Shown here: positions 9,361 to 19,075 of the stretch, piece by piece
Layout of the letters: each line of letters opens with the position of its first letter
Position numbering within the stretch: position 1 is the stretch's first letter
Source: an uncultured Pseudomonadota bacterium
GTDB lineage: Bacteria > Myxococcota_A > Polyangia > Fen-1088
NCBI GenBank assembly: GCA_963725905.1
Contig: CAVSAG010000003.1
Location: 449,546-513,545 of the forward strand
Reading direction: 5' to 3'
Length of the DNA: 64,000 nucleotides
Position numbers and translations under genes: made by a program
Notes under the pieces: generated by a model
Databases searched by the model: none
What the model was told of the DNA's origin: nothing
The model's input: only the letters and a program-made list of their open reading frames with translations

Positions 9361-10749
9361 TCAGCCCCGGCTGGTCTCCTTGCGGATCTGTTCGAGATCC
9401 AGCGAGTCGATCTTCTCCATCAAGCGGTAGAGGCGACCGCGGCCGACGCCCAGGTCGGCCGCCGCCCGCCGCACGTTGCCGCGGCACTTTCGCAGCGAGG
9501 CGAGGACGGCTGCCGGGTCGGGGTCGGCGTCGGTCCGCGTGTCGGCGCCGGCCGGATCGACATCGTCCGCGTCGTCGGCGTCGCCGGCGCCCTCCACGTC
9601 GTTCTTCAGGAGGTCCTCCAGCATCGCCCGGTCGACAAGCGTCGCCTCGGGGTGGATGGCCAGGAGGCGGATCACCAGCGACGTCATGTCCCGCATGTTG
9701 TGGGGCCAGGCGTGGGCACACAGCGTCTCCACCGCACCGGCGTCGAGGCGCGGGACGCGGTCGGGCGACGAGCGCTGGGCGAGCAGCTTGGCGAACAGCA
9801 GCGGAACCTCCTCGACGCGCTCGCGCAGCGTCGGCAGCTCGAGGATGAATCCCTTGAGGCGGGCGAAGAGATTGTCGCGGAACCGGCTCTTCGCCACCGC
9901 GGTCCGCAGCGGAACGTGCGTGGCGGCCAGGATTCGTACGTCGATCGGGACCGCCTTCGTCTCACCGAGGGGGACCACCTCGCGTTCCTGAATGGCTCGC
10001 AGCAGCTTGGCTTGAACGGCCAGCGAGAGGTCCGCGATCTCGTCGAGGAGCAGCGTTCCCCCCTCGGCCGCCCGCAGGAAACCCGGGCTCGGACGATCGG
10101 CGCCGCTGAAGGCGCCCTTTCGGTAGCCGAACAGCTCCCCCTCGGCCAGCGCCTCCGGCAGCGCCGCGCAGTTGAGGGCAAGAAAGGGTCCGGGGCGTCG
10201 GCTCCAGGCGTGGATGGCGCGCGCGGCGCCCTCCTTGCCCGCGCCGGTCGCTCCCTGGATGACGATCGACAGTTCGGTCCCGGCGATCAGGCGGGCCGCG
10301 GCCAGCCGGGCGCGCAGGGTGGGGCCGGCCCAGTAGCCCGGGGTCAGCTCCTCGAGGCTGAAGGAGGTGGCGGCGCCGGTGTCGGCGCTGGCGCCCGATT
10401 CGGCGACGCTGGTGACGACGCCGACCCAGTCGCCGAAGCGGACGACGTCGCAGAGCCGCAGCGGTGCCTGGCCGACGCGGCGCCCATTCAGGAACACACC
10501 GTTGCGGCTGTCGAGATCCCGCAGCATCGGGACCCCCGCCGCCTGGCGCCGGATCTCGGCGTGCCGGCGGGAGACCGACGGACCGGCGAGGCTGACGTCG
10601 ACGTCCGACTCGCGGCCGAACACGATCGTGCCCGAGGTGAGGCGGGTGACTCGGCCCGCCTCCTCCGGAAAGATCCATCGAATCGCCAGCGAGGCGGGCT
10701 TCTCGCCCGGCGGCGCGATGTCGGCGTGGGGGATCGTCGTGTCGCTCAA
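9361..10749 (-). CDS. FHA-domain sigma54-dependent transcriptional activator (bEBP)
   Basis: C-terminal 462 codons of the listed 9361..12309(-) ORF, with a TTG start at 10749. FHA: GRESDVDVSLAGPSVSRRHAEI...DLDSRNGVFLNGRRV. AAA+: GATGAGKE, GYRKGAFSGA (a GAFTGA variant), GGTLLLDEI, VRILAAT. C-terminal Fis-type HTH NVRRAAADLGVGRGRLYRLMEK. Confidence 0.85.
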   Translation of the reverse strand: MSDTTIPHADIAPPGEKPASLAIRWIFPEEAGRVTRLTSGTIVFGRESDVDVSLAGPSVSRRHAEIRRQAAGVPMLRDLDSRNGVFLNGRRVGQAPLRLCDVVRFGDWVGVVTSVAESGASADTGAATSFSLEELTPGYWAGPTLRARLAAARLIAGTELSIVIQGATGAGKEGAARAIHAWSRRPGPFLALNCAALPEALAEGELFGYRKGAFSGADRPSPGFLRAAEGGTLLLDEIADLSLAVQAKLLRAIQEREVVPLGETKAVPIDVRILAATHVPLRTAVAKSRFRDNLFARLKGFILELPTLRERVEEVPLLFAKLLAQRSSPDRVPRLDAGAVETLCAHAWPHNMRDMTSLVIRLLAIHPEATLVDRAMLEDLLKNDVEGAGDADDADDVDPAGADTRTDADPDPAAVLASLRKCRGNVRRAAADLGVGRGRLYRLMEKIDSLDLEQIRKETSRG

Positions 10750-10851
10750 ACAGCGCCAGCATGCGTGAACCGCCGCGAGAAGCCAACTCCCCCCTGCGGC
10801 CTGCTCTGCCCCTTCTTGACAGGCCGAATTCCGACGGGCTTTCATCAGTGG

Positions 10852-12168
10852 GTGGTGACGGGGAGTCCATCTTCGCGCGGCGGTCTGGAGCTGGCGGGGA
10901 GCGTCTTCGATGGGCGCTTCGAGATCGATCGGCGGATCGCGGAGGGCGGCTTCGCGGTCGTGTACAAGGCGCGGCAGGTCGCGCTCGATCGGGTGGTGGC
11001 GCTCAAGGTGTTGAAGGCGCGGGCGGCGGGTGACGACGCCGCGCACGTCGAGTTTCGGGCGAAGTTTGCGGCCGAGGCGCAGACCATCGCGCGGCTGCGC
11101 CACCCGCACATCGTCGACGTCTACGACTTCGCCGTCTCCGCGCTCCCGACCGGGGAGCTGGCGCCCTGGATGGCGCTCGAGTGGCTCGAGGGCGAGACGC
11201 TGGCCACGCGTCTTTTGCGCCGCCGCGAGGCGGGGGAGACCGGGCTGCCGCCGCGCGAGGCGCTGGCGCTCCTGCGCCCGGTCATGGAGGCGCTCGCGCA
11301 TGCGCACAGCCAGGGCGTCGTCCACCGCGACGTCAAGCCGTCGAACATCATGGTGACGCCGGCGCCGCACGGCGAGAGCCTGCGCGTCCTCGACTTCGGC
11401 ATCGCCAAGATTGTCGCCGCCGACGAGCTCCCGAAGACCGGCGACACGCGCACCGAGAGCGCGCCCGCGTTCTCCCCCGCCTACGCCGCGCCCGAGCAGG
11501 TCGCGTTTTCGCGCACCGGGGCCTGGACCGACGTCCACGCGCTCGGGCTCGTGCTGGTCGAGCTCATGACCGACACGCCGCCGTTCTTCGACCCCGACCC
11601 GGAGGCGCACCTGTTCGAGCAGGTGATGTCCCGGACGCGGCCGACACCGGCCAGCAAGGGGAAGGACGTGGGGGCGTTCGAGCCGGTGCTCGCCCGGGCG
11701 CTCGCGCTCTCGCCGCGCGATCGCTGGCGGAGCGCGCGCGAGCTGCTGGACGCGCTCGAGCAGGCCTCGCGGGCCCCCGCCGTCGCCAGCCTGGGCCCGA
11801 CGGTGCCGCCGGTGCGCTCGCGCCGCGCGGTGCGGGGCGTCGGGGTCGCGGTGTCGACCATCGCGCTCGCGGTCGGCTTCGGCTGGCGAAGGCACCTCGC
11901 GACCGAGAGAGCGCGCGCCTCCCGCGAGGGACAAATGCCCACCGCCATCGCGACGGCCCGGACGACGCCGATCGTTTCGGCCGCGCCGCCGCGGCCCGCC
12001 TTCCCGCCGAGGCCGGAGCCGCCGGCGTCGACCGAGCCCGCGGCGGCTCCGGCCGCCGACGAGGCGAAGCCTGCGCGTGGTTTGATCCGCCGGCGAAAGA
12101 AGCCGGCGCAGGTGCAGACGCAGGCGCCAGCGAACAACAGTCGTGACCTGTTCGATGACACGAAATAG
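10852..12168 (+). CDS. Hanks-type Ser/Thr protein kinase, membrane-anchored
   Basis: C-terminal 438 codons of the listed 9652..12168 ORF, with GTG starts at 10852/10855. Motifs: GGFAVVYKA, VALKVLK, HRDVKPSNIM, DFGIAK, APEQ. TM helix GVGVAVSTIALAVGFGW, then a Pro/Ala-rich tail. Divergent from the FHA-bEBP gene. Confidence 0.85.
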   Translation: MVTGSPSSRGGLELAGSVFDGRFEIDRRIAEGGFAVVYKARQVALDRVVALKVLKARAAGDDAAHVEFRAKFAAEAQTIARLRHPHIVDVYDFAVSALPTGELAPWMALEWLEGETLATRLLRRREAGETGLPPREALALLRPVMEALAHAHSQGVVHRDVKPSNIMVTPAPHGESLRVLDFGIAKIVAADELPKTGDTRTESAPAFSPAYAAPEQVAFSRTGAWTDVHALGLVLVELMTDTPPFFDPDPEAHLFEQVMSRTRPTPASKGKDVGAFEPVLARALALSPRDRWRSARELLDALEQASRAPAVASLGPTVPPVRSRRAVRGVGVAVSTIALAVGFGWRRHLATERARASREGQMPTAIATARTTPIVSAAPPRPAFPPRPEPPASTEPAAAPAADEAKPARGLIRRRKKPAQVQTQAPANNSRDLFDDTK

Positions 12169-13210
12169 CGACGCCGCGCGGGCGCTGGCGCTCGCCTGGC
12201 TCTGCGGCGCGCTGCTCGCGCTGTTTCCGCTGTCGGCTCGCGCCGTGGGGGACGAAGCGGGCGCGCGGGTGCTGTTCGGGGAAGCGCGAAAGCTGGTGGC
12301 CGCCGGCAAGTATCAGGAGGCCTGCCCCAAGTTCGTGGACAGCTACCGGCTCGACCCCGGAATCGGGACCAACTTCAATCTCGCCGACTGCCTCGAGCAT
12401 ATCGGGCGCACCGCCAGCGCCTGGGCGAGGTTCCTCGACGTCGCGGCCGCCACCAAGGCGGCCGGGCAGCCGGAGAGGGAGCGTGTCGCGCGCGCCCGGG
12501 CCGCCGCCCTCGAGCCTCGCCTACCGCGAATCTCGATCCAGGTGCAGTCGCCGGCGCCGGATCTCGTCGTCCTCCGTGACGACGTGCGGGTGGAGGCGCC
12601 CTCCTGGGGAATGGCGGTCCCTGTCGATCCGGGTTCGCACCAGATCGAGGCGTCGGCGCCCGACCGGAAGCTGTGGGCGAAGACGGTCGAGGTGCCGGCG
12701 CTCCCGGCGACCGTCGAGGTGCTCGTTCCGGCGCTCGAGCTCGCAGCACCGGCGCAGGCGCCCGTGGCCCCGCCGGGCGTGGTCTCGCTTGGGCCCGCGG
12801 CCGGGAAGGGGCCCGAGGGGCTGGTCGTCGCGCACGAGGAACGCCGGCGCTGGTCGCGTCCGGTCATCGTGCTCGGGAGCGTCGGGCTGGCCGCGCTGGT
12901 CGCCGGCGTCGTTTACGGGATCAAGTTCGAGATCGACAACGGCGACGCCCAGCAGATCTGCAGCAGCATGACCACCGCGACGAATTGCCCCGCTCCAGAC
13001 CAGCTCAAGCACTCCACGCTCGTGGATGCCGCCTACACCGATCGCACCGTCGAGCTCCTGAGCTTCGGCGTGGGCACCGCCGCGCTGGTGACGGCCGGTT
13101 ATTTGTGGTGGCAGGACGCGCGGCACCACGCCCATCGGTCGGAGACGCAGCTGTCGTTCGCGCCGCTCGCGCCGGGGTTTCCCGGCCTCGCGCTGAGCGG
13201 CGTCTGGTGA
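12155..13210 (+). CDS. Exported/membrane-anchored protein with TPR-like N-terminus and PEGA-like middle region (hypothetical)
   Basis: Listed as 12143..13210; the ATG at 12155 is the likelier start and overlaps the kinase stop. Signal ALALAWLCGALLALFPLSARA. LFGEARKLVAAGKYQEACPKFVDSYRLDP..GTNFNLADCLE. TM helix VIVLGSVGLAALVAGVVYGI. Confidence 0.7.
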   Translation: MTRNSDAARALALAWLCGALLALFPLSARAVGDEAGARVLFGEARKLVAAGKYQEACPKFVDSYRLDPGIGTNFNLADCLEHIGRTASAWARFLDVAAATKAAGQPERERVARARAAALEPRLPRISIQVQSPAPDLVVLRDDVRVEAPSWGMAVPVDPGSHQIEASAPDRKLWAKTVEVPALPATVEVLVPALELAAPAQAPVAPPGVVSLGPAAGKGPEGLVVAHEERRRWSRPVIVLGSVGLAALVAGVVYGIKFEIDNGDAQQICSSMTTATNCPAPDQLKHSTLVDAAYTDRTVELLSFGVGTAALVTAGYLWWQDARHHAHRSETQLSFAPLAPGFPGLALSGVW

Positions 13211-13241
13211 CGGGCCCGCGCGCTCGCGCGCCGGTCGCCCC

Positions 13242-14414
13242 TCAATAAGCCGTGGTGGTGATCCCCGAGACGGCGGCGTCGTAGGTCGTCACCGCGGCGC
13301 CGGACTTGGCCGTCACGCTGGAGCCGTTGATGAACGAGACGCCGGTGGCGTGGAAGATCTCCATGCCGCTGGTTCCGGAGAGCTTCACGTTGTCGAAGGT
13401 CATGTTGGAGATCTTGGCCTCGGGCAGGCCCCAGAGGATCCCCGCCGTCGTCGCGCCGGTGGCGGTGACGTTCTTGAGCGTGATGTTCTGCCAGTACGGC
13501 GTCGTCGAGGTGACCGCCATCGCCGTGTCGGTCGTCGGGTCGGTCGGCAGCGTCGGGTAGTACGACGTGATGTAGACCGGCGAAGGCACGTTGGTCATGG
13601 TGACGTTCGAGTAGGTGAGATCGGTGACCGTGCCCCCGCGATCGCGCGCCGACTTCATCCGGATGCCGGACGTCGTGCCGTTCATCGTCAGGTGATCGAC
13701 GGTGACGTGCGAGACGCCGTTCTGCGTGATGCTGCCGATCGAGCAGCCGTGACCGACGCCGAACGTCGAGTAACCGATGTAGAGGTTGGTCCCCGACATG
13801 GCGATGTTGTCGTCGCCGTCGGCGATGTTGTTGTTGCAGAAGAACATTCCCGTCGCCGTGACGTCGACGCCGTCGGTGTTCTTGGGCGCCGACTTCCCCG
13901 ACACCGCCAGCGTCGAGATGGTGATGCCGGTGATGGTGACGTTGGTGTCGCTCTTGACCCAGATGTGCTCTTCGGGCGAGTTCGTCAGCTTGATCCCGCT
14001 GATCTGGATGCGCGTCACCTTGCCCAGGTTCACCTCCTGGGGGCGCGTGATCGATGAGTCGGAAGCGAAGGCGTCCCACCAGTCCTGGCCTTGACCGTCG
14101 ATGGTCCCCGAGCCGGTGATGGCGATGTCGTGCGTGCTGCCGCCGGAGGTCGTGATGAACGCCGGCGCCGCCGTCGGGTAGCTGGCCCGCGGCAGCATCT
14201 TGAGCGTGGCGCCCGACGCGAGCTGCAGGTTGGTGCCGCTGCCGATCATGATCGGCCCCGACAGGAACGTCCCCGAGGGAACGACGACCGTGCCGCCGCC
14301 CGCGCTCTGCGCGGCGGTCAGCGCGGCCTGAATCGCGGTGGTGTTGTTGGTCGCGTTGTCGCCCTTGGCGCCGTAGGTGGTCACGTCGAACGTGCCCGCG
14401 GGGATCGTCGGCAA
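13242..14414 (-). CDS. Glycoside hydrolase family 28 (polygalacturonase-like), catalytic domain
   Basis: 390 aa. GH28 motifs NTDGVDV, DGDDNIAM, GVGHGCSIGS, GIRMKS in right-handed beta-helix repeats. The same frame stays open upstream through a Gly-rich linker with no start codon. The only signal peptide (MQSPRLRPVALVLSALLGASC, 14964..) is in another frame, so there is an apparent 1-nt indel near 14870-14900 (see findings). Confidence 0.85.
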   Translation of the reverse strand: MPTIPAGTFDVTTYGAKGDNATNNTTAIQAALTAAQSAGGGTVVVPSGTFLSGPIMIGSGTNLQLASGATLKMLPRASYPTAAPAFITTSGGSTHDIAITGSGTIDGQGQDWWDAFASDSSITRPQEVNLGKVTRIQISGIKLTNSPEEHIWVKSDTNVTITGITISTLAVSGKSAPKNTDGVDVTATGMFFCNNNIADGDDNIAMSGTNLYIGYSTFGVGHGCSIGSITQNGVSHVTVDHLTMNGTTSGIRMKSARDRGGTVTDLTYSNVTMTNVPSPVYITSYYPTLPTDPTTDTAMAVTSTTPYWQNITLKNVTATGATTAGILWGLPEAKISNMTFDNVKLSGTSGMEIFHATGVSFINGSSVTAKSGAAVTTYDAAVSGITTTAY

Positions 14415-15045
14415 CGGGACCGTGGCTGCGTTGCTCGACCCGCACGGATCGCCCGCGCCCGCCGCGCCTCCGGTTCCGGTGACGGCGCCTCCCGTTCCGG
14501 TACCTCCGCTGCCGGTACCGCCGCTGCCGGGCGCCCCGGCCGCGCCTCCGGTGCCGCTCCCGCCGCGTCCGGTCGCGCCCGCCGCGCCCCCGGTTCCAGT
14601 TCCGCCGGTTCCACCGCCGGCGCCGCCGAGCGGCGCGCCCCCGGCCCCGCCCTTGCCGCTGCCGCCCGTGCCGCTACCGGCGCCGCCGGTGCCGGTCGCG
14701 CCGCCCGTGCCGCTACCGGCGCCGCCCGTGCCGTTAGCGCTCGTGCCACCGGTCCCCGACCCTCCGCTGCCGGTCGTGCCTCCCGTTCCCGCGCCCCCGG
14801 TCCCGGTCGCGCCGCCCGTGCCCGAGCCGCCGCTGCCGTTGGCGCCGCCCGTCTCCGCCGCGCCCCCGGTGCCTTCTCCCGATTCCGCCGCCTCCGTTTG
14901 CGCAGCTCGCGCCGAGGAGGGCGCTCAGGACGAGGGCGACGGGACGCAGTCGTGGCGATTGCATGCGGGTGAATGCGCCACGGCGTGGAAATCGATCACC
15001 AAAACGCGCCCGGGCTTACGGCCCGAAATTCGGGGGTTTCTGGCC

Positions 15046-17049
15046 CTACGGGCAGGTCGCGCGGGCGTTGTTCTGGGTGATGTCGACGGACGTGGCGCCG
15101 GTCTGCGTGGCCAGGGCGCGGGCCTGACAGCCGGGGAGCTGCGGGTTGGCGGTGATCTCCAAATACGTGACCTGCTGGAGCGCCGCGAGCGGGGCGAGGC
15201 TGGTGAGCTTCGGGTTCGAGTCGATGTCCAGGTTTGTGACGGTCGTCAGGCTCTCGAGTCCCTGCAGCGAGGCGAGCGCGTTGTTGGAGGAGATCTGGAG
15301 GTTGGCGAGAGTCGTGACGCCGGCCAGGCCGGCGAGATTGGTGAGCTTCGGGTTGCTTGCCAGGGTCACCTGCGAGAGCCCGGACCCCTGGACGACGAGC
15401 GTCGACAGACTCGTGAGCAGCGGGTTCTGGTAGAGCTGGAGCGAGCCGGAGGCGTCGAAGGTGATCGCCCCCATCCCCTGCAAACTGGTCACCCGCGTGC
15501 TGGCGATGTTCAACCCGCCCAGCTCGGCGAGGTTGCGTAGCCCCGCGACCGTCGTGATGGGGCCGTCGATCTCGATCGTGCCCGCCTGCACCAGGCCACG
15601 CAGGCCCTCGAGACTGGTGAGCGTCTTGTTGTTCGAGATCTGCACATCGGCGGCGGTCGTCAGGCCGGCCAGCGACTCCAATGACTTCAGCAACGGGTTG
15701 TCGTTGATCGACAGGTTGTGGACGGACGTCATCGTGAGCCCGGTGATGTCAACCAGGCTCGGATTGAACGCGATCGCCACGTCGCCGAACGCGGTCGCCC
15801 CGCCGAGGCCCGTCAGGGTGGTGAGCGCGGCGTCATTGCTGATGTCGAGGTCGTAGGGGTTGCTGACGCCGCCGATGCCCGCGACGCTGGTGAGTGCGTC
15901 GTTCTGCGAGATCGTGAACAGACCGTCGACGGTCGTGAGCGCCGAGAGGTGGTCCAGATTGGTCAGGGCCGGGTTCAAGGAGATGGTCAAAGTTCCGACC
16001 TGGGTGAGGTGGTCGAGGCCGGCCAGGCTCGTCAGTTGATTGTCGCCCGAGATGAAGAGGTAGCCCACGGTCACGACGTTGGTCAGACCCGCGAGGCTGG
16101 TGAGGACGAGGTCTCCGGTGAGCGTGAGATCGCCGGTCACGGAGGTGAGCCCTTCGAGCCCGGTCAGATCGGTGAGAGAGGGGTTGTTCGTGACCGAGAT
16201 GGACCCAGTCACCGACCGGAGGCCGCCGAGGCCCGCCAGGTTGGACAGGAGGTCGGCGTCGTCGATCTGCAGATAGGCGCCGATCGATTCGAGCCGTTCG
16301 AGCCCGGCCAGCGACGCCAGCTGCTGGGCCAGCGTGATCACCACGCTCCCGGTGACCTTCCGCAAGCAGCCGAGATGACCCAGCCCGGCGACGTGCTCGG
16401 AGATGGAGAGATCGCCGTCGATCTCCGAGATGAGGGGCAGCGCATCCACCGTCGGCTGACCCAGCAGCGACAGCGATCCCGCGTAAGGTTGTGCGGCCGC
16501 GCAGTCGGCCTCCGTCAGAGCTCCGCCGCCGCCGCCACCGCCACCGGCCGCGGCGCCGCCCGCGCCGCCCACGGCGCCCGTGCCGCCCGTGCCGCCCGTG
16601 CCTGAAGAGACCGCGCCCCCGACGCCACCCGAGCCCGGCGCGCCGCCCGCGCCCGCGAGTCCGGTCTTCGCGCCGCCGGCCCCCGCGGCACCGGGAGCTC
16701 CGCCCCCCGCGCTCCTGCCGCCGGCCGCGCCACCCGTCCCGATGCTTCCCGCAGCGCCGCTCGGGCTGGTGCCGCCCGCAGCGCCGCTCGGGCTGGTGCT
16801 TCCCGCAGCGCCGCTCGGGCTGGTGCTTCCCGCGGCGCCGCTGGGGCTGATGCCGCCCGATCCGGTCAGGCCGCCGCCTGTGTTTCCGCCCGTCGGCGGC
16901 CGTCCGGAGGTGCCTCCGATGAGACCACCCGAGGTCCCGCCGGAGCCCGTCAACGACTCCGATCCGCCGCAGCCGACCTGACCGCCGATCGCCATGGCGA
17001 TCGATAGCACCCAGGCCCAACGTCGAACCCTCTCACCAAAGCCAGGCAT
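15046..17049 (-). CDS. Exported leucine-rich-repeat / receptor-L-domain-like repeat protein
   Basis: 667 aa. Signal peptide, a ~170-aa Gly/Ser/Ala linker, then about 18 repeats of ~22-24 aa (L.sL.GL..l..v.G.l.i..N..L), e.g. LTNLAGLAGVTTLANLQISSNNALASLQGLESLTTVTNLDIDSNPKLTSL. C-terminal Cys pair: PGCQA...ARATCP. Confidence 0.8.
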   Translation of the reverse strand: MPGFGERVRRWAWVLSIAMAIGGQVGCGGSESLTGSGGTSGGLIGGTSGRPPTGGNTGGGLTGSGGISPSGAAGSTSPSGAAGSTSPSGAAGGTSPSGAAGSIGTGGAAGGRSAGGGAPGAAGAGGAKTGLAGAGGAPGSGGVGGAVSSGTGGTGGTGAVGGAGGAAAGGGGGGGGALTEADCAAAQPYAGSLSLLGQPTVDALPLISEIDGDLSISEHVAGLGHLGCLRKVTGSVVITLAQQLASLAGLERLESIGAYLQIDDADLLSNLAGLGGLRSVTGSISVTNNPSLTDLTGLEGLTSVTGDLTLTGDLVLTSLAGLTNVVTVGYLFISGDNQLTSLAGLDHLTQVGTLTISLNPALTNLDHLSALTTVDGLFTISQNDALTSVAGIGGVSNPYDLDISNDAALTTLTGLGGATAFGDVAIAFNPSLVDITGLTMTSVHNLSINDNPLLKSLESLAGLTTAADVQISNNKTLTSLEGLRGLVQAGTIEIDGPITTVAGLRNLAELGGLNIASTRVTSLQGMGAITFDASGSLQLYQNPLLTSLSTLVVQGSGLSQVTLASNPKLTNLAGLAGVTTLANLQISSNNALASLQGLESLTTVTNLDIDSNPKLTSLAPLAALQQVTYLEITANPQLPGCQARALATQTGATSVDITQNNARATCP
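16748..16855. repeat. In-frame tandem repeat, 4 x 27 nt, within the LRR-protein linker
   Basis: cccgcagcgccgctcgggctggtgc(cg/tt) occurs four times with 0-4 mismatches. On the coding strand it encodes (SPSGAAGST)n. Confidence 0.85.
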
Positions 17050-17106
17050 TCGGTCTAGCCCTCGAATGTTATGGGCGGAAGGTCGGGATTCCTTCGTTCT
17101 GCTCGA

Positions 17107-18996
17107 TCAGCGGCTGCGCTCGATCGCCGGTCCCAAGATCGCGGCCAGGTCATCCCGTTCCAGCGTCTCGTGCTCCAAGAGCGCGACCACCAGTCGATCC
17201 AGCTCTCCCCGACGCTGCGAGAGCAGCACCGATGCTTCCTCCAGGGCGCGGGCGAGGACCCGCCGGGCCTCCTCCTCGATCACGGTGATCGTCGACGAGC
17301 TGGTTCCGCTCTCGGTGCCGATGCGCTGGCCGAGGAACGGATGCTCCGCCTCGTGGTCGTAGTAGACCGGGCCGAGGCGCTCGCTCATTCCGTAGTGGGC
17401 CATCATGTGGGAGGCGAGGCGGGTCGCCTCCTTGAGGTCGTTTTCAGCGCCCGTCGAGATGCTCCCCAAAACGAGGCGCTCGGAGGCGTAGCCGCCCATG
17501 AGGACGCGCAAGCGGGACTCGAGCTCCGCCTGCGCCATCAGGTGGCGATCCTCGCCGGGGCTCTGCTGCGTGGCCCCCAGCGCCATCCCGCGCGGGATGA
17601 TGGTCACCCGATGCAGCGGCTCCGCGTCGGACGAGAAGCGGGCGACGACGGCGTGTCCCGATTCGTGAACCGCGACGCGGCGCTTTTCCTTGGCGTCCAG
17701 CTTCGCCTCGCGCAGATCGCCGAGCACGATCTTGTCGAAGGCCTCGGCGAAGTCGTCAGCGGCGATGTTCTCGCGCGCCTTGCGCGTCGCCGACAGGGCC
17801 GCCTCGTTGACCAGGTTGGCGAGGTCCGCGCCGGAGAACCCCGGCGTGTTCTGGGCGACGACGTCCAGGTTCACGTCGGGGGCCAACGGCTTCCCCTTGG
17901 TGTGCACGCCCAGGATCGCCTTGCGGGCCGCCAGCTCGGGGCGGTCGACGAGGATGCGCCGGTCGAACCGACCTGGTCTCAGCAGCGCCGGGTCGAGCAC
18001 GTCGGGACGGTTGGTCGCGGCGATGACGACGACCAGATTGGTCCGGTCGAACCCATCCATCTCGGAGAGCAGCTGGTTCAACGTCTGCTCGCGCTCGTCG
18101 TTCCCGCCGCCGAGACCCGCGCCGCGCGAGCGACCCACGGCGTCGATCTCATCGATGAACACGATGGTGGGGGCGCTCTTCTTGGCCTCCTTGAAGAGGT
18201 CGCGCACGCGCGCAGCCCCGAGGCCGACGAACATCTCGATGAACTCCGACCCGCTGATGGAGAAGAACGGGACGCCCGATTCGCCGGCCACCGCGCGGGC
18301 CAGCAGCGTCTTGCCGGTGCCGGGCGGCCCCGCCAAGAGAACGCCGCGGGGAACCTTTCCGCCGAGGCGCTGGAACCGTTCCGGCTCCTTGAGAAACTGG
18401 ACGATCTCCTGCAGGTCCGACTTGGCCGCCTTCAGCCCGGCGATGTCGTTGAACGTCACGTTCACCGAGGTCGCCTTGTCGAACTTGCGGCTCTGGTTCT
18501 TGATGAGCCCCCCGAGGGGTCCGCCCGCGGCGAGCATTCCTTTCGCGCGCTTGGAGATCCAGAACCAGGCCCCGATGATCAGCACCCACGGCAGGAGGGT
18601 GAAGAGGATCTGGACGGCGAACGGCTGCCTCTGGCTCCTGACGCTGATGCGCACCCCTTTTTGCCGGAGCAGCGGGAGAAACTGTGGGTCGTTGGGCGCG
18701 ACATTGGTCTGGAGGTCCTTGATCTGCCGGCCATCGAGCGGCTCCGGCTTTTTCAAGGTGGCAGCGACCACCTCACCGTCGAGCACGACCGACTCCACCT
18801 TGTCCTGCTCGATCCACTGGTAAAGCTGCGAGTAGGCGACCGGCGGTTGTGCACTCCCTTCGGAGTAGCTCTTCCAGAGCCACATCCCCAGCAACATCAG
18901 CGGTAGAAACAGCAGCGTCCGGCGCGAGGCTCCTGGTTCGGGGGGCGCTCCCTTCAGTCGTCGGCTGTCGTTGTCCTTGGGCTCTGCGCCGGCCAT
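17107..18996 (-). CDS. ftsH: ATP-dependent zinc metalloprotease FtsH
   Basis: 629 aa. Two N-terminal TM segments. Walker A GPPGTGKT, Walker [33 protein letters not shown], zinc site HESGHAVV. Confidence 0.95.
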   Translation of the reverse strand: MAGAEPKDNDSRRLKGAPPEPGASRRTLLFLPLMLLGMWLWKSYSEGSAQPPVAYSQLYQWIEQDKVESVVLDGEVVAATLKKPEPLDGRQIKDLQTNVAPNDPQFLPLLRQKGVRISVRSQRQPFAVQILFTLLPWVLIIGAWFWISKRAKGMLAAGGPLGGLIKNQSRKFDKATSVNVTFNDIAGLKAAKSDLQEIVQFLKEPERFQRLGGKVPRGVLLAGPPGTGKTLLARAVAGESGVPFFSISGSEFIEMFVGLGAARVRDLFKEAKKSAPTIVFIDEIDAVGRSRGAGLGGGNDEREQTLNQLLSEMDGFDRTNLVVVIAATNRPDVLDPALLRPGRFDRRILVDRPELAARKAILGVHTKGKPLAPDVNLDVVAQNTPGFSGADLANLVNEAALSATRKARENIAADDFAEAFDKIVLGDLREAKLDAKEKRRVAVHESGHAVVARFSSDAEPLHRVTIIPRGMALGATQQSPGEDRHLMAQAELESRLRVLMGGYASERLVLGSISTGAENDLKEATRLASHMMAHYGMSERLGPVYYDHEAEHPFLGQRIGTESGTSSSTITVIEEEARRVLARALEEASVLLSQRRGELDRLVVALLEHETLERDDLAAILGPAIERSR

Positions 18997-19075
18997 CTTC
19001 GATTCCGGTTCTAGCGCCTGATCGGCCCTTACGCTCTCGGCGAGTGCCGAACGGTCGCCGACCGAGCAGGTTGCG

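Noticed and set aside
10815-10845. A sigma70-type promoter for the kinase gene (TTGACA at 10815).
   Set aside because: It is a perfect -35 hexamer, but no acceptable -10 element lies 16-19 nt downstream (gggctttcat). On its own it is not distinguishable from chance.
9361-12309. The N-terminal two-thirds of the 982-aa minus ORF, and the N-terminal half of the 838-aa plus ORF (9652..12168).
   Set aside because: Only the C-terminal parts carry domains: FHA-AAA+-HTH from 10749 downward, and the kinase from 10852 upward. The extensions are antisense to each other's real coding parts and have an Arg/Gly-rich composition.
16748-16855. Tandem repeats at 16748, 53806, 55271, 57161 and 60655 as a possible CRISPR array or other non-coding arrays.
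   Set aside because: The units are directly adjacent with no spacers. Their lengths are multiples of 3, and they lie in frame inside Gly-rich linkers or a signal peptide of well-supported CDSs.
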